DNA of 25,642 bases, from the IMG/VR virus record IMGVR_UViG_3300020530_000028, positions 1 to 25,642 of that record. One strand, written 5' to 3'. Every line of letters begins with the position of its first letter. Within the stretch, counting starts at the first letter, position 1. A model generated the notes under the pieces. That model did no database searches and was not told the DNA's origin. It saw only the letters and a list, made by a program, of their open reading frames with translations. The position numbers and the translations under genes were made by a program. This DNA comes from a virus. Taxonomy: Duplodnaviria; Caudoviricetes. Below are positions 22,959 to 25,642 of the stretch, one piece after another.

Positions 22959-25394
22959 ATGCCTGCCTATCTGAAAGCGTCAATCAAGCGGTCGTATGCT
23001 GAAGGCTTCCTGAACGAACTGGAACGCAACGATAACCAGTATTTTTTCTTTGCAGGAAAGCCCACAGCGTGGCAGACTAGTGGTGGCGACAACAGCCCAC
23101 CAACCCCAGGAACAGCAGAGTATCCTGACAGCGATGAAAACGAACGCGAGATAATGCGTAACATTATTGGTTATAAGAAACTGAATCCAAAAAATATCCT
23201 GTTTGCTCTGCCCCGCTACGAGTGGACAAGCGGAACAACTTATGACCAATACAGTGACCGTGAAGGCATGTTTGACACCGACGATCCCAAGATTTTTTAT
23301 GTGATTACAGACGAAAACAACCTGTATAAGTGTTTAACTCGTCCAACCGTGGACGGAACCTATAACGGACAAGGCACAGCGTCTACAGTAAAACCAAGCG
23401 GAACGCTTACTACTCCCTTTACTCTTTCAGACGGGTACACATGGAAGTATTTGGCTACTGTTCGATCATCCGATCTGCCGTATGAGTTAACTGACTATAT
23501 TCCCATTGATTTTGTGACCAGTAGAGACGACACCGAAACTACCAATCAGTACGCTGTTCAGGCTACAGCAGTTTCGGGAGAAATTACTCGTTTGGATTTC
23601 ATAACAAACGGCGGTGTGTCTGCTGCTGTTTACAGCCAAACTGAAAAACGAGAAGGCACATCAAACCAGCCTATTCGCTTGGGAAGTTATACAGAAACAA
23701 GCAGTGGCGAAAAGGTTGTGTATATCCGAGCAGAAGACCGCTCAAATATTGAAACCCCAGGTAACAAGGCTGGATACATTCTTCGCGTGGTTAACTCTAC
23801 AACCAATCCGCAAACCATAAACAATTACGCGGTTATTACAGAAGGCGGCTATACTGGCAGCGGAAACAATTTAGTTTATTTTAAAGTGCAAAACGACGCT
23901 TTGGATTTTACAGTTACCAATCCATCAGCGGGTGGAGTCGATTTTACGGCATTTGAAATCCTGCCACGAATCCGCATCACAGGGGACGGAAGTGGTGCCT
24001 ACGCATTCCCTGTAATGAATTCAGACAATACTATTGGTGGAGTTAATCTCATAAATCGCGGTGAGGACTATACACAAACATCAGTATTCGTCACTACATC
24101 CATTTCAACACAACCCACCAAAGTGCACCCAACCATTACAGCCGTACTAGCACCAAAAGGTGGACACGGCAGCAATATTCTTAAAGAACTGAATGTAAAG
24201 GATATTATTGTTATTATTGAGGTGTTAGAAGACGACGAAGACAAGTTTGTTGGTGGTGGCTCGTATCGTCAATTCGGAATAGTAAAAAATCCTGTTCTAA
24301 ATGACGGTTCTCAAACTGTTGCGGGATCTGCTGATCCGTATTACCGAGATGTTACACTTGTATACGATGGAACCGAAACAAGTAGAACGCTAGACGGGTG
24401 GAAGACTAATGGTTTTAATGGTGGTATTAGAAACTTTATGTTTGGAACAGAGTCATCGGTTGGAGCAAAAATAGAGCAGTTAAAAGCAGTATCGGATATC
24501 AGTAACGAACGCAGACTAACAGTTAAAGTAAAAAATATTGGTGGAAACTATACCACATACCAGTCTCGTCCAAACGACCTAATACTGTCGTTTGCTTCGT
24601 CTGCTGATCTTTCTGGATTTATTACAGGAGAAACAGTAACACAAACCATACCTGCTGGCACAACTGTTGCGTCTTCAAACCCAGGTCTGTCCGCAGGTAT
24701 TTCTTACGGCTACGATATAAACACCGTGGGTGTGTTGATTTCCAAACAAACCAACAAACTAACAGTTAGAACACAACGCAATTCGTTTGTGAGTGGGTCT
24801 GTTAAAGTGATTGGTAGCAGAAGCGGTGCTTCTGCTGCACCATCGGGTGTTACACCCCGTTACGGAGAGTACGCATGGGTATACAATCCTACTACTAATT
24901 CTTTCGTAAACGAGGGTGGCGTATACGACCTGTTCCGAATTGTGGAAGTAGGTAGTCCGTATTTTGATCTGAACGAAACTCCTGCGTATACTGGTCTTAC
25001 CATTCTGTCTCTTGGAACAAGTGTTAGTGGTGCAACAGGTGGTATAGATGTGACCTCTGCTGCCCTGACTCAAAACTCATTTTCAAATGGCGACTTTGTG
25101 CAACAAGGTTCAAGCGGTGACGCATTTGGCAACTACGCAAGTGGAACGGTTTACAATTGGGAATTTATAAATTCGTCCAGCGGTCGGTTGTATCTGGCAG
25201 ATGTGTTTGGCAACTTTGCAAATGTTGCACAAAACGGCATAACTGGCAGCACTCTTGGTTCGTATATTGTTACTAGTATATCCTTGCCTGACATTGATCC
25301 AACCTCTGGTGAAATCATATACATAAACAATATACGCCCGATTTCACGAGTAAAGGGACAATCTGAAGAATTCCGTCTGCGATTAGGCTTCTAA
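22959..25394 (+). CDS. gp8: Baseplate wedge subunit, T4 gp8-like, enlarged
   Basis: YFFFAGKP..W, PRYEW.SG..YD.Y, FYVITDE.N.YKCL, DGYTWKYL, P.GGHG.N...EL, YRQFGIVKNP, SGEIIYINN..PISR...Q.EEFRL.L.F; GGAG RBS. Confidence 0.9.
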   Translation: MPAYLKASIKRSYAEGFLNELERNDNQYFFFAGKPTAWQTSGGDNSPPTPGTAEYPDSDENEREIMRNIIGYKKLNPKNILFALPRYEWTSGTTYDQYSDREGMFDTDDPKIFYVITDENNLYKCLTRPTVDGTYNGQGTASTVKPSGTLTTPFTLSDGYTWKYLATVRSSDLPYELTDYIPIDFVTSRDDTETTNQYAVQATAVSGEITRLDFITNGGVSAAVYSQTEKREGTSNQPIRLGSYTETSSGEKVVYIRAEDRSNIETPGNKAGYILRVVNSTTNPQTINNYAVITEGGYTGSGNNLVYFKVQNDALDFTVTNPSAGGVDFTAFEILPRIRITGDGSGAYAFPVMNSDNTIGGVNLINRGEDYTQTSVFVTTSISTQPTKVHPTITAVLAPKGGHGSNILKELNVKDIIVIIEVLEDDEDKFVGGGSYRQFGIVKNPVLNDGSQTVAGSADPYYRDVTLVYDGTETSRTLDGWKTNGFNGGIRNFMFGTESSVGAKIEQLKAVSDISNERRLTVKVKNIGGNYTTYQSRPNDLILSFASSADLSGFITGETVTQTIPAGTTVASSNPGLSAGISYGYDINTVGVLISKQTNKLTVRTQRNSFVSGSVKVIGSRSGASAAPSGVTPRYGEYAWVYNPTTNSFVNEGGVYDLFRIVEVGSPYFDLNETPAYTGLTILSLGTSVSGATGGIDVTSAALTQNSFSNGDFVQQGSSGDAFGNYASGTVYNWEFINSSSGRLYLADVFGNFANVAQNGITGSTLGSYIVTSISLPDIDPTSGEIIYINNIRPISRVKGQSEEFRLRLGF

Positions 25395-25404
25395 AGAGGA
25401 AACA

Positions 25405-25642
25405 ATGGCTTACGATCCAAGTATCTTCAATATCAATCCGTATTACGACGATTACGATCCCGCCAAGGCTTTTCTCCGAGTGCTTTTCAAGCCAGGTTAC
25501 GCGGTTCAAGCCCGTGAACTGACCCAAATCCAGTCTATTCTTCAGGATCAGGTTTCACAGATTGGCGACCATCTGTTCAAGGACGGTTCGCGTATTGTGG
25601 GTGGTGGCATTAGCGTTCGTAATACCAATTACCTTATGATCC
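25405..25642 (+). CDS. Partial large virion structural protein (DUF4815/VrlC-like N-terminus)
   Basis: Not in the ORF track. My translation: MAYDPSIFNINPYYDDYDPAKAFLRVLFKPGYAVQARELTQIQSILQDQVSQIGDHLFKDGS...; GAGGA RBS; this gene type typically follows gp8 in environmental T4-like phages. Confidence 0.88.
   Translation, partial: MAYDPSIFNINPYYDDYDPAKAFLRVLFKPGYAVQARELTQIQSILQDQVSQIGDHLFKDGSRIVGGGISVRNTNYLMI

Noticed and set aside
554-25394. Stop-codon reassignment (none of the called genes ends in TAG)
   Set aside because: All genes are intact under the standard code with no in-frame TAG or TGA over about 25 kb, so there is no positive evidence of recoding.

Overview
A 25.6 kb fragment of a large T4-like (myovirus) phage genome: the tail/baseplate morphogenesis region plus gp33 and gp32. 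Left to right: two uncharacterised minus-strand genes (a partial cupredoxin-motif/Pro-rich protein and a 578-aa G/T/V-rich protein); gp33 and gp32 on the plus strand ending at a cUUCGg terminator; a minus-strand operon gp4-gp2-gp54-gp26-gp51-like-tape measure; and a long plus-strand operon gp48-gp53-gp27-like-gp5-orf73-PAAR-orf276-orf221-gp25-gp6-gp7-like-orf180-gp8-DUF4815-like (partial). The two most notable features: (1) a T TTT TTT slippery site that would fuse the gp26-like gene to a start-less gp51-like frame directly upstream of the tape measure gene, which looks like a lambda G/GT or P2 E/E' programmed -1 frameshift in a T4-type tail module; (2) a gp7-like gene built from nested domain insertions, where an inserted LamG cassette brought its own stop codon and split the host LamG-like domain across two genes. 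Also seen: a degenerate TANATA late-promoter motif, including overlapping divergent copies, and a candidate gene-32 leader pseudoknot. All gene calls come from motif recognition and synteny by eye; no database searches were run.
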